Below are positions 28,814 through 38,585 of a stretch of 40,232 nucleotides of DNA, piece after piece. A model generated the notes under the pieces. The model saw only the letters and a list, made by a program, of their open reading frames with translations, had not been told where the DNA came from and made no database searches. Source of the DNA: Flavobacteriales bacterium. Lineage in GTDB: Bacteria > Bacteroidota > Bacteroidia > CAIKAF01. Location: contig JBIJBG010000003.1 of the NCBI GenBank assembly GCA_044345355.1, positions 1 to 40,232 of the forward strand, given 5' to 3'. Position 1 is the stretch's first letter, and each line of letters opens with the position of its first letter. Made by a program: the position numbers and the translations under genes.

Positions 28814-29818
28814 CTAATTTACCAATTTAAACGTAAACGTGTCGGCAAAATAATGATGGTAACGGCCCAGCAGTATCGCCAACAACAATGCCGCCATGAG
28901 CAGTCGCACGATTCCCGGATTTTTAATATCCGGAATGAAGCGGCTCATCAACACCGAAAAGGAAAACGCCCCCGGTAAAAAAACGGATGCTGAAGCTGTC
29001 GGAGCCAGCGGGGCTGCCAACACCAAAAACAGCGGAAGAAGCATCAATGCCGAATAAAACCGACGGGTGATGATTTTATAGGATGCCAACTGCCTGAACA
29101 TGCCTAAAAGCGCAGCACTGAAAAGCATCAACACTAACCCTGAAAAAATCCAAAAAACGGGGTAAAACCGAACGGGGCGAAAAAAAGCAGCCAGGTCGGA
29201 ATAGCCAGGATACGGCCAGGCATAGCGATGATAATCCAATAAAAAAAAGAACCAGAACGTGAGCCCCACGGGCATGCCCAGGCCAAACAATACGGCAAAA
29301 AATTCTTTACGCGTAGCAGGCTTCATGATATAAAGAGCCGCCACGGAAAAAGGGAAAAAAACCAAAAAAGGGGCGAAAAAAAGTACGCTCAGACCCATGA
29401 AAAATCCGAACCTGTAGGCGTTAATCTGCCCTTTCTGTTCTGAAAAATTGGCCAACAGGGCACGAAAAGCCAGCACCATAAACAGCATCCCAAAAAGAGA
29501 ACCGGAAAGACTTCCGAACGAGGGATGCAAACCCAGAAACACCGTGAAAAAGAATACCGGCAGACCGGAAATACCGGCACCCAGGTTATACTGCATAAGC
29601 AGCTGATCAAAAAGAACAATAACTGCCGCAGACAAAAGTACATTCAACCCGGCCTGCCAAAAAGGAGCCAGCTTTTCGGTATGCAGAAGGGCAAAAAGAA
29701 GGCCGGATGAATGCGTTTCGGAAGAGCTGATAAAAAAATGCTCCGCCCGGAAAAGCAGAAGCAGAAGCAGCGAAACGACTACAGAAAGGTTTTTATTTTT
29801 ATGAAGTGCATCTACCAT
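28814..29818 (-). CDS. Polytopic membrane protein, DUF6427-like
   Basis: About 10 TM segments; F..GF..G.S.LF..P pattern; ATG at 29818 (alternative TTG 29839). Confidence 0.7.
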   Translation of the reverse strand: MVDALHKNKNLSVVVSLLLLLLFRAEHFFISSSETHSSGLLFALLHTEKLAPFWQAGLNVLLSAAVIVLFDQLLMQYNLGAGISGLPVFFFTVFLGLHPSFGSLSGSLFGMLFMVLAFRALLANFSEQKGQINAYRFGFFMGLSVLFFAPFLVFFPFSVAALYIMKPATRKEFFAVLFGLGMPVGLTFWFFFLLDYHRYAWPYPGYSDLAAFFRPVRFYPVFWIFSGLVLMLFSAALLGMFRQLASYKIITRRFYSALMLLPLFLVLAAPLAPTASASVFLPGAFSFSVLMSRFIPDIKNPGIVRLLMAALLLAILLGRYHHYFADTFTFKLVN

Positions 29819-29901
29819 GACCGAGGCACAAAGAAACAAATTAGGCCGACATGGAAAAAGCGAATTTTTTGGTTCTTTTTCCCGAAAACAAAGAAACTTT
29901 T

Positions 29902-29909
29902 TACATTTG
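29902..29909 (+). promoter_or_regulatory. Bacteroidota -7 promoter element for the small ORF
   Basis: TACATTTG 28 bp before ATG 29938. Confidence 0.55.
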
Positions 29910-29937
29910 GAGCCTAAATTGAAACTTATCGCACGTT

Positions 29938-30096
29938 ATGGATTGGTTATTTAACGGTTTGGCAGACTTCTTTCAATGGTCCTTTCAAGGCCTTACCTGG
30001 TTGGGCATGCGTTTCAACTGGTTTATGATTTTTGCCATTTCGGCACTCACGATCTGGTGGATGATTCAAATGCTCCGCCACCCCAAAGAGGAATAA
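29938..30096 (+). CDS. Small Trp-rich membrane protein, DUF6341-like
   Basis: Manual translation MDWLFNGLADFFQWSFQGLTWLGMRFNWFMIFAISALTIWWMIQMLRHPKEE (52 aa), with own promoter element and terminator; below the ORF track cutoff. Confidence 0.8.
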   Translation: MDWLFNGLADFFQWSFQGLTWLGMRFNWFMIFAISALTIWWMIQMLRHPKEE

Positions 30097-30123
30097 GCAT
30101 ATTCTCATTGACCTTATTTTCCG

Positions 30124-30158
30124 AGACCGCCTCCCCAAAAGGAGTCGGTCTTTTTTTT
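30124..30158 (+). terminator. Intrinsic terminator after the small ORF
   Basis: AGACCG-C-CTCC-CCAAAA-GGAG-T-CGGTCT then T-run. Confidence 0.75.
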
Positions 30159-30239
30159 GGGCGGGCTTTGCCGAAAATTCACCGGCATTAGGTATTCTCC
30201 GTTGATTTGGCATACCGTACTTTCGTAAAAAAATACATC

Positions 30240-31916
30240 ATGAAGCTCCGACTGATTTTATCGGCAATCCTCCTGACCTTCGGACAATTCGTTTTCAGTC
30301 AATATTTCGGAAAAAAGGAACTCAGCGCCATTAAAAAACATGTGTATTATCTGTCTTCCGACCAATTGGAAGGCCGCTACCCCGGAACGGCCGGCGAGTC
30401 CATGGCCGCCGATTACATCGTGTCCCGATGGAAAAAAACACGCATTATCCCGGGCGGTGAAAACGGCAGCTGGTTCAGGGAGTTCCGGTTTACAGACCGT
30501 GTAGAGGCAGACACGTCCTGCGCTCTGCTCATCGGGGAAAGACGCTACACGCTGAATGAGGATTTCTGGCCGATGGCTTTTTCGGGAGAAGGCAATCCGT
30601 CTGCCGGGTGCATCTATGTAAACTACGGCATCAGCAATCCGGAAAAAGGATACGATGATTATGCGCTCTTTTCGCCTCAGGAACTGAACGGGAAAATCTT
30701 CATCATAGAACTCGGAAGTCCCGACGGAATGCACCCCCATTCAGCACATATCAAGTATTCCGATGCTGCCGCTAAGGCAAGACGGGCCGAGGATTTGGGA
30801 GCGGCCGGCGTTATTTTTATAAATACAAAAAAAGAAGCGGAAATTCCCGGTAAAGACTTTCCCAAATCGGTTCTATCCGAACCCATTCCATGCCTGTATG
30901 CCGGAGGAAAAGCCGCGGAGGTGCTGCGCGATGGGAGTGCCGGCAGAGTGGGTATATGCGTAAAAATAAACCGGATTACGGGCAGCGGAAAAAACGTCAT
31001 CGGATTTATCGATAACCAAGCCCCCTACCGGGTCATCATCGGTGCCCATTACGACCATCTGGGCTGGGGCGGAGAAGGCTCACTGCATAAAGGCGAAAGG
31101 GCCATTCACAAGGGGGCGGATGATAACGCCTCCGGCACGGCAGCGCTGATTGAACTGGGAAAATATCTGGCGGAGAAAGGGCCCAAAAACAACAACTATG
31201 TGTTGGTAGCTTTTTCCGCGGAAGAAAAGGGTTTGCTGGGTTCAAACGATTATGTGAAATCGGCTCTTTTCGATCCTGCCAAGGCGAATTACATGCTCAA
31301 TATGGACATGATAGGCCGGCTGGAAAACAATCACATTCTGATTAATGCCGCCGGAACATCCTCCATGTGGGGCAATAATCTGAACGCGGTAAAAGGAGGA
31401 AATCTAAGCTTCAAAACATCCGAAAGCGGCACGGGTCCGTCCGATCATACCTCATTCTACCTAAAAAACATTCCGGTGCTGCATTTTTTCACGGGTACGC
31501 ATGCCGATTACCATAAACCCTCCGATGATGCGGAAAAGGTAAATATCACGGGAATCGGACAGGTGGCCGACTTTATCGTGGATTTGATAACGCAGCTCGA
31601 CCCGCAGGGAAAATTGGATTTTGTAAAAACCAAGGAAGCCGAAAGCACCAAAGCACCCAAATTCAGCGTTACTTTAGGCATCGTGCCCGATTATTTATAT
31701 GAAGGTGAAGGCTTAAGAGCGGACGGGGTGAGCGACGGAAAGCCCGCACAAAAAGCCGGTGTAATGGCGGGCGATGTGCTTATCCGTTTAGGCGATTATC
31801 CCATCCTCGACATGAAAAGCTACATGGAGGCGTTGGGCAAATTCAAAAAAGGAGAAAATACAATGCTCAAAATCAAACGAAACGAAGAGTTTCTGAACCT
31901 CCACATCTCTTTTTGA
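30240..31916 (+). CDS. M28 family peptidase with PA and PDZ domains
   Basis: GAHYDHLG, GADDNASG, SAEEKGLLGS, NMDMIGR, SDH, DYH; C-terminal TLGIVPDY PDZ; TACTTTCG at 30218-30225 supports ATG 30240. Confidence 0.93.
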   Translation: MKLRLILSAILLTFGQFVFSQYFGKKELSAIKKHVYYLSSDQLEGRYPGTAGESMAADYIVSRWKKTRIIPGGENGSWFREFRFTDRVEADTSCALLIGERRYTLNEDFWPMAFSGEGNPSAGCIYVNYGISNPEKGYDDYALFSPQELNGKIFIIELGSPDGMHPHSAHIKYSDAAAKARRAEDLGAAGVIFINTKKEAEIPGKDFPKSVLSEPIPCLYAGGKAAEVLRDGSAGRVGICVKINRITGSGKNVIGFIDNQAPYRVIIGAHYDHLGWGGEGSLHKGERAIHKGADDNASGTAALIELGKYLAEKGPKNNNYVLVAFSAEEKGLLGSNDYVKSALFDPAKANYMLNMDMIGRLENNHILINAAGTSSMWGNNLNAVKGGNLSFKTSESGTGPSDHTSFYLKNIPVLHFFTGTHADYHKPSDDAEKVNITGIGQVADFIVDLITQLDPQGKLDFVKTKEAESTKAPKFSVTLGIVPDYLYEGEGLRADGVSDGKPAQKAGVMAGDVLIRLGDYPILDMKSYMEALGKFKKGENTMLKIKRNEEFLNLHISF

Positions 31917-31991
31917 GCTGAATGTTTACACCGATTTTTAATGACCCCCTAAAATTTTACCCTATATTAGCGCTCAACAAATTCCTCTCAA

Positions 31992-34406
31992 ATGAAAAAT
32001 TTCAGTCTTATCGGCCTTGTTTTAACTTGCGCTTTAATGAATTCAAATGCCCAGGTGTTGTTCAATGAAACCTTTGATTTTATTCCGGGCACGACTTCCG
32101 GCGGAGCCGGAACTTACAACTTTGCACCCGGTTTTTTACTTAGGAATGTAGACAACCTCAATCCCGCAGGTAGTGTGTCTTATGTAAACGAAGCCTGGGA
32201 GCGGAGAGAAGATTTTATTATTAATCCGGCCGACTCCGCTGCCTTCTCCACGTCTTGGTACGTTCCGGCAGGCCAGTCAAATGATTGGATGTGGACTCCT
32301 TTAATCGGTCCGCTTCCCCAAAACGTTAAACTCAGTTGGAATGCGCTTGCCCCTGATGCAGCATATCCAGATGGGTACGAAGTTCGTATCATGGTTGCAC
32401 CATCTGTTCCTACAGGAGGGAACGGATTAATAGGAAACCAGATTACCAACTCAACCGTTTTATTCAGCACGGCGGCTGAAAATTCAACCTGGACTTCCAG
32501 AAGCGTATCATTAAACCCATATGCGGGCCAATCTGTGTACATTGGTTTCAGAAATAATTCAAACGATCAATTCCTTCTTGTAGTTGATGATATAAAAGTA
32601 GAAGTGCTTGTAGATTTTGATGCCCAATTATTAAGCGTAAATTCTCTAAGCGAGTACACCCAAATTCCGGCCTCACAAGTGGCTCCGATAAACTTTGAAG
32701 GAACCTTAAAAAACTTAGGTGTCCAAGCGCTCTCGAATGTAACGCTTACTGCCAATGTATATGACCAAACACAAACCTTGGTTCATACCGCAAGTTCCAG
32801 CCCTATAGCCAGTTTGGCCCCCATGGCCACGTCTTCACTCACCATCCCCGCCTGGACTCCCCCTTCCGTGGCCCAAAACTACACGGTGAAACTGTTTGTT
32901 GATGCAAACGAGGCGGACCAGGTATCAGCTAATGATACCATTACCCGTACCATCACCATCACAGAAACTACCTATGCCCGCGATAATGGAATAATAACCG
33001 GAAGCTTAGGCATTGGGGCTGGAAACGGTGGCTATCTTGGCCAAGATTTTATTATCAATAATACGGCAAGAATATCTGAAGTAGGGGTATATTATACCCG
33101 CGGATATACCGGAAAACGAATGGGTGTTGCCATTTGGAATATGACGGCAAATGTACCGGATCAAATTGTCGCCTTAACCGATACGCTTATTTACCCGGAT
33201 GATTCCGCCGATTATTATATAATGCCCATAAATCAAGGGCCTTTTGAGCTTACTCCAGGCCGCTATGCAATTACTGCCATTGAATTCGATTCTACCCTGG
33301 CATTGGCTCAAACAAATGAAATTTTTACAACAGGAAGAACATGGGTTGACTGGCCAACCAGCCCCATAGCCGGTTGGGCAAATAATGAAAATTTTGGCGC
33401 AAATTTCAGCAAACCTTACCTTATCCGACCTACTATTCTGCCTACATGTCCTGCTAATTTGGTTACGTCTTCTACCGTGAATGATGCCGCCTGCGGAAAT
33501 GCCGATGGAAGCATTGAACTGATCGTAGGAGGAGGAAATTATACCTTCTCCTGGTCTGACGGACAAACCTCAGCAACCGCCTCCAACTTAAGCGCGGCGC
33601 AATATTCAGTTACAGTCACAAATACCGATTTGATTTGCACCCAGGTGTACAATTACACCGTAAATAACCAAAATGGTCCGACGTTAGTAACCATCAGCGG
33701 AAGCGATGTTGATTGTTTTGGCGATGAAGGAACGGCAAATGTGGAGGTCACAGGAGGAACGGCACCCTACACATACCTTTGGTCCAACGGCGAAAACACC
33801 ACATCCATTACCGATGTTGCAGGTTCCTATTCGGTAGTAGTTACAGATGATAACGGATGTATTCTTACCGCAGGTCCCGTAGAAATTACATCCCCCGCAG
33901 AGCTTGCTGCTTCAGGCAGTTTTACTCCCGAATCTTGTCCGGGCTGTGCTGATGGTACCGCCAGTGCAAGCGTAAGCGGAGGCGTAGAACCTTATTCTTA
34001 CAGCTGGTCTCCTTCAGGAGGTAATGCTTCTCAAGCCTCCGGCCTTACAGGTGGATCTTACACCGTTTCCATCACAGATGATAACGGATGTGAAACGGAA
34101 GTTACCATTACCGTTACCACCAACGCCTCTATTACAGGTTCAGAAACAACGGAAAATAACCATATCAATACTTTTCCAAACCCCAGTAACGGCGTTTTTG
34201 TATTCACTTCCGACATTCTTCACACAGGAGATGCCCTTGTAGAAGTGTTAGACATAAGCGGTAAACTTGTCTATTCAAAAAACATTACAATGAATAACAG
34301 CCTCTCTAATACTACCGTGTATTTAGAATATGCTGCAGCAGGAACCTACATACTTCGGTTTACTGCCGGCAACAACAAATTCTTCAGAAAGCTGATTATC
34401 AAATAA
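31992..34406 (+). CDS. T9SS type A surface protein (cleaved-adhesin/choice-of-anchor J-like, CARDB-like, SprB repeats)
   Basis: SNDWMWTP, YPDGYEV, YAGQSVYIGFRNNSND..DDIKV; GGTAPYTYLWSNG...VTDDNGC repeats; FPNPSNG...GTYIL..KLII CTD. Confidence 0.9.
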   Translation: MKNFSLIGLVLTCALMNSNAQVLFNETFDFIPGTTSGGAGTYNFAPGFLLRNVDNLNPAGSVSYVNEAWERREDFIINPADSAAFSTSWYVPAGQSNDWMWTPLIGPLPQNVKLSWNALAPDAAYPDGYEVRIMVAPSVPTGGNGLIGNQITNSTVLFSTAAENSTWTSRSVSLNPYAGQSVYIGFRNNSNDQFLLVVDDIKVEVLVDFDAQLLSVNSLSEYTQIPASQVAPINFEGTLKNLGVQALSNVTLTANVYDQTQTLVHTASSSPIASLAPMATSSLTIPAWTPPSVAQNYTVKLFVDANEADQVSANDTITRTITITETTYARDNGIITGSLGIGAGNGGYLGQDFIINNTARISEVGVYYTRGYTGKRMGVAIWNMTANVPDQIVALTDTLIYPDDSADYYIMPINQGPFELTPGRYAITAIEFDSTLALAQTNEIFTTGRTWVDWPTSPIAGWANNENFGANFSKPYLIRPTILPTCPANLVTSSTVNDAACGNADGSIELIVGGGNYTFSWSDGQTSATASNLSAAQYSVTVTNTDLICTQVYNYTVNNQNGPTLVTISGSDVDCFGDEGTANVEVTGGTAPYTYLWSNGENTTSITDVAGSYSVVVTDDNGCILTAGPVEITSPAELAASGSFTPESCPGCADGTASASVSGGVEPYSYSWSPSGGNASQASGLTGGSYTVSITDDNGCETEVTITVTTNASITGSETTENNHINTFPNPSNGVFVFTSDILHTGDALVEVLDISGKLVYSKNITMNNSLSNTTVYLEYAAAGTYILRFTAGNNKFFRKLIIK

Positions 34407-34425
34407 TTTTTTGCCGGAACACATT

Positions 34426-34461
34426 AAAAAAAGGGCTGCCAAATGGCAGCCCTTTTTTTTT
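34426..34461. terminator. Bidirectional intrinsic terminator
   Basis: A7-GGGCTGCCA-AA-TGGCAGCCC-T9 between convergent genes. Confidence 0.9.
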
Positions 34462-34485
34462 GGTTTCTTCTGATAATCACATAAG

Positions 34486-35874
34486 CTACCATGCCTGTTT
34501 ATCTATCAGATATATTAGCGCCGTAATAGCAGCAGAGCCTAAATCAAGTTCTCTTTTACTTATCTTATCAAACGTATCAGAAGAGGCATGGTGATAATCG
34601 AAATAGCGCTGTTCATCAGGACGGTAGCCGAATAAAGCCACGGGGCCATTTGCCTTCAGGGGGCCTATATCCGCGCCGCTGCCGCCTTCCTGAAAACGGT
34701 GCAGCAGATACGGCTCCAGAAGCGGTTTCCACGACCTAAGGGCACGTCCCGCTTTTGCATTATTTTCGAAATTGAACCCCCTGGGCGTAAATCCGCCTGC
34801 ATCGCTTTCTATGGCCGCCAGATGAATTTCTTTATTGCGCCTGGCCTCTTCGGCATATTTCATGGCACCGCGCAGGCCGTTTTCTTCGTTCATGAACAAC
34901 ACCGCCCGAATGGTATGACGGGGTTTATATCCCAACGCTTTAAACGTACGCAATACCTCCACAGACTGCACACAGCCCGCGCCGTCATCATGGGCACCTT
35001 GGCCCACATCCCAGGAGTCTAAATGACCGCCCGCAAGGATGTACGTATCGGGGTACTCACTTCCACGAATTTCCCCGATTACATTGTACGAAATTTTATC
35101 GGGAAAAGTGCGGCAATTCAACGTCATGGCCACTTTCAGGCGGGGATTTCTAATCAGCTCATCATGCAGCCTGTTGGCCGACCGGATGCCGAGGGCAGCA
35201 CAGGGAATGGGCTTCACGCCTTCGTCAAACCCGGTATTTCCCGTATGGGCAAAATCATCATCGGAATGGGTGAGGGAGCGGATCAGGCAGGCCACGGCCC
35301 CTTTGGAAGATGAAACCGAAGGACCGAAACGGCGGGCTGCATAAGTTTCTCCGTAGCAGGTAAAGGTGTGAATATGCGTTTCATTAAACGGCATATTGAT
35401 GAACACGATTTTCCCTTCCACGGCTTCGCGCGGTAATTTTTTCAATGCGTCGATATCGGGTACTTCCAACAACTCTGCCTGCAGTTCGCCTGAAGTGGGG
35501 GCTGAATTCCCCAAAGCCAACGCCGAAAGCGAAGCATTTCCGTTGCCTTGAATAATCTTCACCGATTCCGGCGCACCGCGCTCCCAATGCGGAACCATGA
35601 CGGGCTGAAGAAAAACCCGGTCAAGGCCCAACGAGTCCATAACTGATTTTGCCCAATTTACGGCTTGATGGGCAGATTCAGATCCGCTGAGCCGGTGACC
35701 GATGTTCAGGCATAGATGGCGCAGCCAGTCGTACCCCCGGCCCCGGAGCAATACCTCATCGTAGATAGAACGGATAAATACCGAATCGGCCGAAACCTTT
35801 GCAGGAGGGGCAACCTGAGCCAGGGAAGGACTCAACATTCCCGCCAGCATTGTGCATAATAAAATATGTTTCAT
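34486..35874 (-). CDS. M28 family peptidase (carboxypeptidase Q-like)
   Basis: IGHRLSGS, GGHLDSWD, GAHDDGAG, FMNEENGLRG, ESDAG, YFDYHH; signal peptide from MKHILL. Confidence 0.92.
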   Translation of the reverse strand: MKHILLCTMLAGMLSPSLAQVAPPAKVSADSVFIRSIYDEVLLRGRGYDWLRHLCLNIGHRLSGSESAHQAVNWAKSVMDSLGLDRVFLQPVMVPHWERGAPESVKIIQGNGNASLSALALGNSAPTSGELQAELLEVPDIDALKKLPREAVEGKIVFINMPFNETHIHTFTCYGETYAARRFGPSVSSSKGAVACLIRSLTHSDDDFAHTGNTGFDEGVKPIPCAALGIRSANRLHDELIRNPRLKVAMTLNCRTFPDKISYNVIGEIRGSEYPDTYILAGGHLDSWDVGQGAHDDGAGCVQSVEVLRTFKALGYKPRHTIRAVLFMNEENGLRGAMKYAEEARRNKEIHLAAIESDAGGFTPRGFNFENNAKAGRALRSWKPLLEPYLLHRFQEGGSGADIGPLKANGPVALFGYRPDEQRYFDYHHASSDTFDKISKRELDLGSAAITALIYLIDKQAW

Positions 35875-35926
35875 CGGGGGAAAGATAAAAAAAGCAAGCG
35901 AAACGGGAAATACGCAACAGCAGGCG

Positions 35927-37153
35927 CTATTTCGGGGCATAAAAATTCCAAAGCACTTTCACTTCCACCCGGCGGTTCCGCTGCCGGCCTTGGCCGGTTT
36001 CGTTGGTAGATTTAGGCACTTTTTCTCCGAATCCTTCATACACGACAATGTTGGCACGCGGATATCCTACACGGATGAGGTAATTCACCACGGCTTTCAC
36101 GCGCCGCTCGGAAAGGCCCTGATTGAAGCCTTCGGAACCTACAAAATCGGTATGGCCCTTCACCTCGAGTTTGGCCTCCCGATAATCCCGGATGTCTTTA
36201 TACATGTAATACAGTTTGGTACGGGAAGTGTCGGGAATTTCTGCCGAATCAAAATCAAATTCAATGACGATATCACGCGGAAGAGCCTTCTTTTTTCCTA
36301 CGGCTGGGATTTTGCCCGAAGCACGGAATCCGGGCGGAGGGGGCATTACGGCACCTACCGATTTAAAACTTTTTGCCTTCAGATAAACCCCGCTGTCCAC
36401 CACGCCGTCACCGGCATCGGCAATGACCACTTTAATCCGGTATCTGCCGTAAGGAGTCACTTTATGTGAGGCTGTAAGTACGGTGGTTAATCCATCCCAT
36501 TGAAGTCTGTTATCGAATACTTTGGATTTTAATTCCCCGCTTTTATCCCGCGGATCTAGGGTAGAGCCATTGTCTATGTAATACTGGCTGTTGCGCCTGT
36601 CATTGATGCTGTTTACCGACACCTCCTCCTCGGTATCGGGTACTTTGGCCAGATTCACCTGCCCGGTAATACCGGGTCCGGAGAGAAAAAATCCGAATAC
36701 ATCATTGTACCCGCGATTTACATACTCCAGGTATTCTTCGCTGGCGAATACATATTTCAACTCAATCCGGTCAGAAACGGGGAAAAAATCAAACTCCAGG
36801 GAAACTGCATCGTAGGTTGTTTTACCGGCCAGCTTGGTAAGCAATGGGTCCCCGGCCCGGTTGTTATCCAGCCCCATGATGGGTGAATTATTGGGCCCCC
36901 TCGTTCCGTATATGCTTCCCGTGGTCAGCACCAATCCGTCATTCATGCCCAATTTCCCTTCGGGATATTTAAAAAAACCGAGCGAATGGTTGGCTCCGGT
37001 AAAGGTAATGTTGGACACATTAACCTCGGGGGAACCCAAAAACACGGACTTGACCAGGTATTCCAGTTTGTAATTGGCATCTACCTCATATTGGGCCTCA
37101 AGGTCGGCCTGAACCAGGGCTGAAATAAGGAGTATGGAGATTATCCGTTTCAA
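35927..37153 (-). CDS. Choice-of-anchor L domain fused to OmpA-like peptidoglycan-binding domain
   Basis: YVFASEEYLEYV..YNDVFGFFLSGPG and DAGDGVVDSGVYL; C-terminal FDFDS, GHTD, NQGLSERR, NRRVE. Confidence 0.88.
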   Translation of the reverse strand: MKRIISILLISALVQADLEAQYEVDANYKLEYLVKSVFLGSPEVNVSNITFTGANHSLGFFKYPEGKLGMNDGLVLTTGSIYGTRGPNNSPIMGLDNNRAGDPLLTKLAGKTTYDAVSLEFDFFPVSDRIELKYVFASEEYLEYVNRGYNDVFGFFLSGPGITGQVNLAKVPDTEEEVSVNSINDRRNSQYYIDNGSTLDPRDKSGELKSKVFDNRLQWDGLTTVLTASHKVTPYGRYRIKVVIADAGDGVVDSGVYLKAKSFKSVGAVMPPPPGFRASGKIPAVGKKKALPRDIVIEFDFDSAEIPDTSRTKLYYMYKDIRDYREAKLEVKGHTDFVGSEGFNQGLSERRVKAVVNYLIRVGYPRANIVVYEGFGEKVPKSTNETGQGRQRNRRVEVKVLWNFYAPK

Positions 37154-37208
37154 AGCGAGAGGAAAATCAATTTCAACATAAAACGAAACTTAGCGCATTT
37201 TGGTGCAT

Positions 37209-37928
37209 TCAACGAGCCCAAAGGTTGTACTTGAGGATGCAGTAAATGGCGCGGAAGCCATCTTTCCAACCGATTTTTTTCCCCTCTGCATAGGTGCGTC
37301 CGTAATATGAAATGCCTACCTCATAAATTCGTATCTGGGGAATCCGCGCTATTTTGGCCGTTATTTCAGGTTCAAATCCGAAACGGTTTTCCTTCAGCCG
37401 AATCTGTTTGACCACATCGGCCCGGAAAAGTTTATAACACGTTTCCATGTCGGTAAGATTTAAATTGGTAAACGCATTGGACAGGAAGGTGAGAAATTTA
37501 TTTCCGATGCTATGCCAGAAAAACAAAATGCGGTGCGGACGTCCTCCCATAAAGCGTGAGCCGTAAACCACATCGGCAAAACCGGCGAGAACGGGCCGCA
37601 GAAGGAGATTAAACTCATCGGGATCATACTCCAGGTCGGCATCCTGAATGACGATAAAATCCCCGGTGGCTTCGCGGATACCTGTACGCAATGCCGCGCC
37701 CTTTCCCTTATTCACTTCGTGCGAAATAAGGCGCAGGTTGAGGGTGGGATTATCCGTCCGGAAGTGCTCCACCGCCTGAACCGTATCATCAAGAGAGCAG
37801 TCGTTTACCACAAGCACCTCCTTCAACAGGGCTCCCTCCAGCGATACCGCGGCTACCTTTTTTAAGATGTGGTGAATGGTCTTGCCTTCGTTGTAGGCCG
37901 GGATGATGATGGATAATGTGGTGCTCAA
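37209..37928 (-). CDS. GT2 glycosyltransferase (Dpm1-like polyprenol-phosphate glycosyltransferase)
   Basis: IIIPAYNE, NDCS.D, NKGKG, QDADLEYDP, TDMETCYK, FGFEPE, EGKKIGWKDG. Confidence 0.92.
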   Translation of the reverse strand: MSTTLSIIIPAYNEGKTIHHILKKVAAVSLEGALLKEVLVVNDCSLDDTVQAVEHFRTDNPTLNLRLISHEVNKGKGAALRTGIREATGDFIVIQDADLEYDPDEFNLLLRPVLAGFADVVYGSRFMGGRPHRILFFWHSIGNKFLTFLSNAFTNLNLTDMETCYKLFRADVVKQIRLKENRFGFEPEITAKIARIPQIRIYEVGISYYGRTYAEGKKIGWKDGFRAIYCILKYNLWAR

Positions 37929-37978
37929 TGTACTTTTTTAGAGCTCAAAAATGAGAAAAAAGAAAGAGACGGAGGTGT

Positions 37979-38548
37979 TCACCGGCCCAGGAAGTGCAGA
38001 ATGGCCTGCCGGCATGCAGCCACGGCACGTTCCAAATCATCGTTCAGGATGATTGTGTCGAATCGGGAAGCGTACTCCATTTCCGTGCGGGCTTTTTCCA
38101 CACGCATAGCCAAATTTACCTCGGTTTCAGTTCCCCGTGCACGCAGACGTTGAGCCAAAATTTCGAGCGATGGGGGCATCACAAATATAGACAAGGCCCT
38201 TTGGCCGAATTTTTCTTTGAGATTCAGGCCGCCTTCCACATCCACATCAAAGACCACATGCTTTCCCTCATTCCAGATACGTTCCGCTTCCCGGCGCAGG
38301 GTACCGTAGTACTTTCCCTCGTACACCATTTCCCATTCAATAAATTCATCGTTTTCGATGGATTGCATGAACTCCCGCACACTCAGAAAATAATAATCCC
38401 GGCCGTGCACTTCACCCTCCCGGGGAGGACGGGTACATGCCGAAACGGAAAAAGAAAGACCGGGAATTTCTTGGAGCATGCGGTGAACCAGCGTGGTTTT
38501 ACCGGAACCGCTGGGTGCTGAAAAAATGATGAGTTTGCCTTGGACCAA
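37979..38548 (-). CDS. gmk: Guanylate kinase
   Basis: APSGSGKTT P-loop, TRPPREGE..G.DYYF, YYGT, DVDVEG. Confidence 0.97.
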   Translation of the reverse strand: MVQGKLIIFSAPSGSGKTTLVHRMLQEIPGLSFSVSACTRPPREGEVHGRDYYFLSVREFMQSIENDEFIEWEMVYEGKYYGTLRREAERIWNEGKHVVFDVDVEGGLNLKEKFGQRALSIFVMPPSLEILAQRLRARGTETEVNLAMRVEKARTEMEYASRFDTIILNDDLERAVAACRQAILHFLGR

Positions 38549-38585
38549 ATGACGTATTTTCGGGCAAAATTCATAATTTTATTTC

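Noticed and set aside
29976-30191. 71-aa ORF from the track
   Set aside because: Out of frame with the better 52-aa ORF and runs through its terminator.
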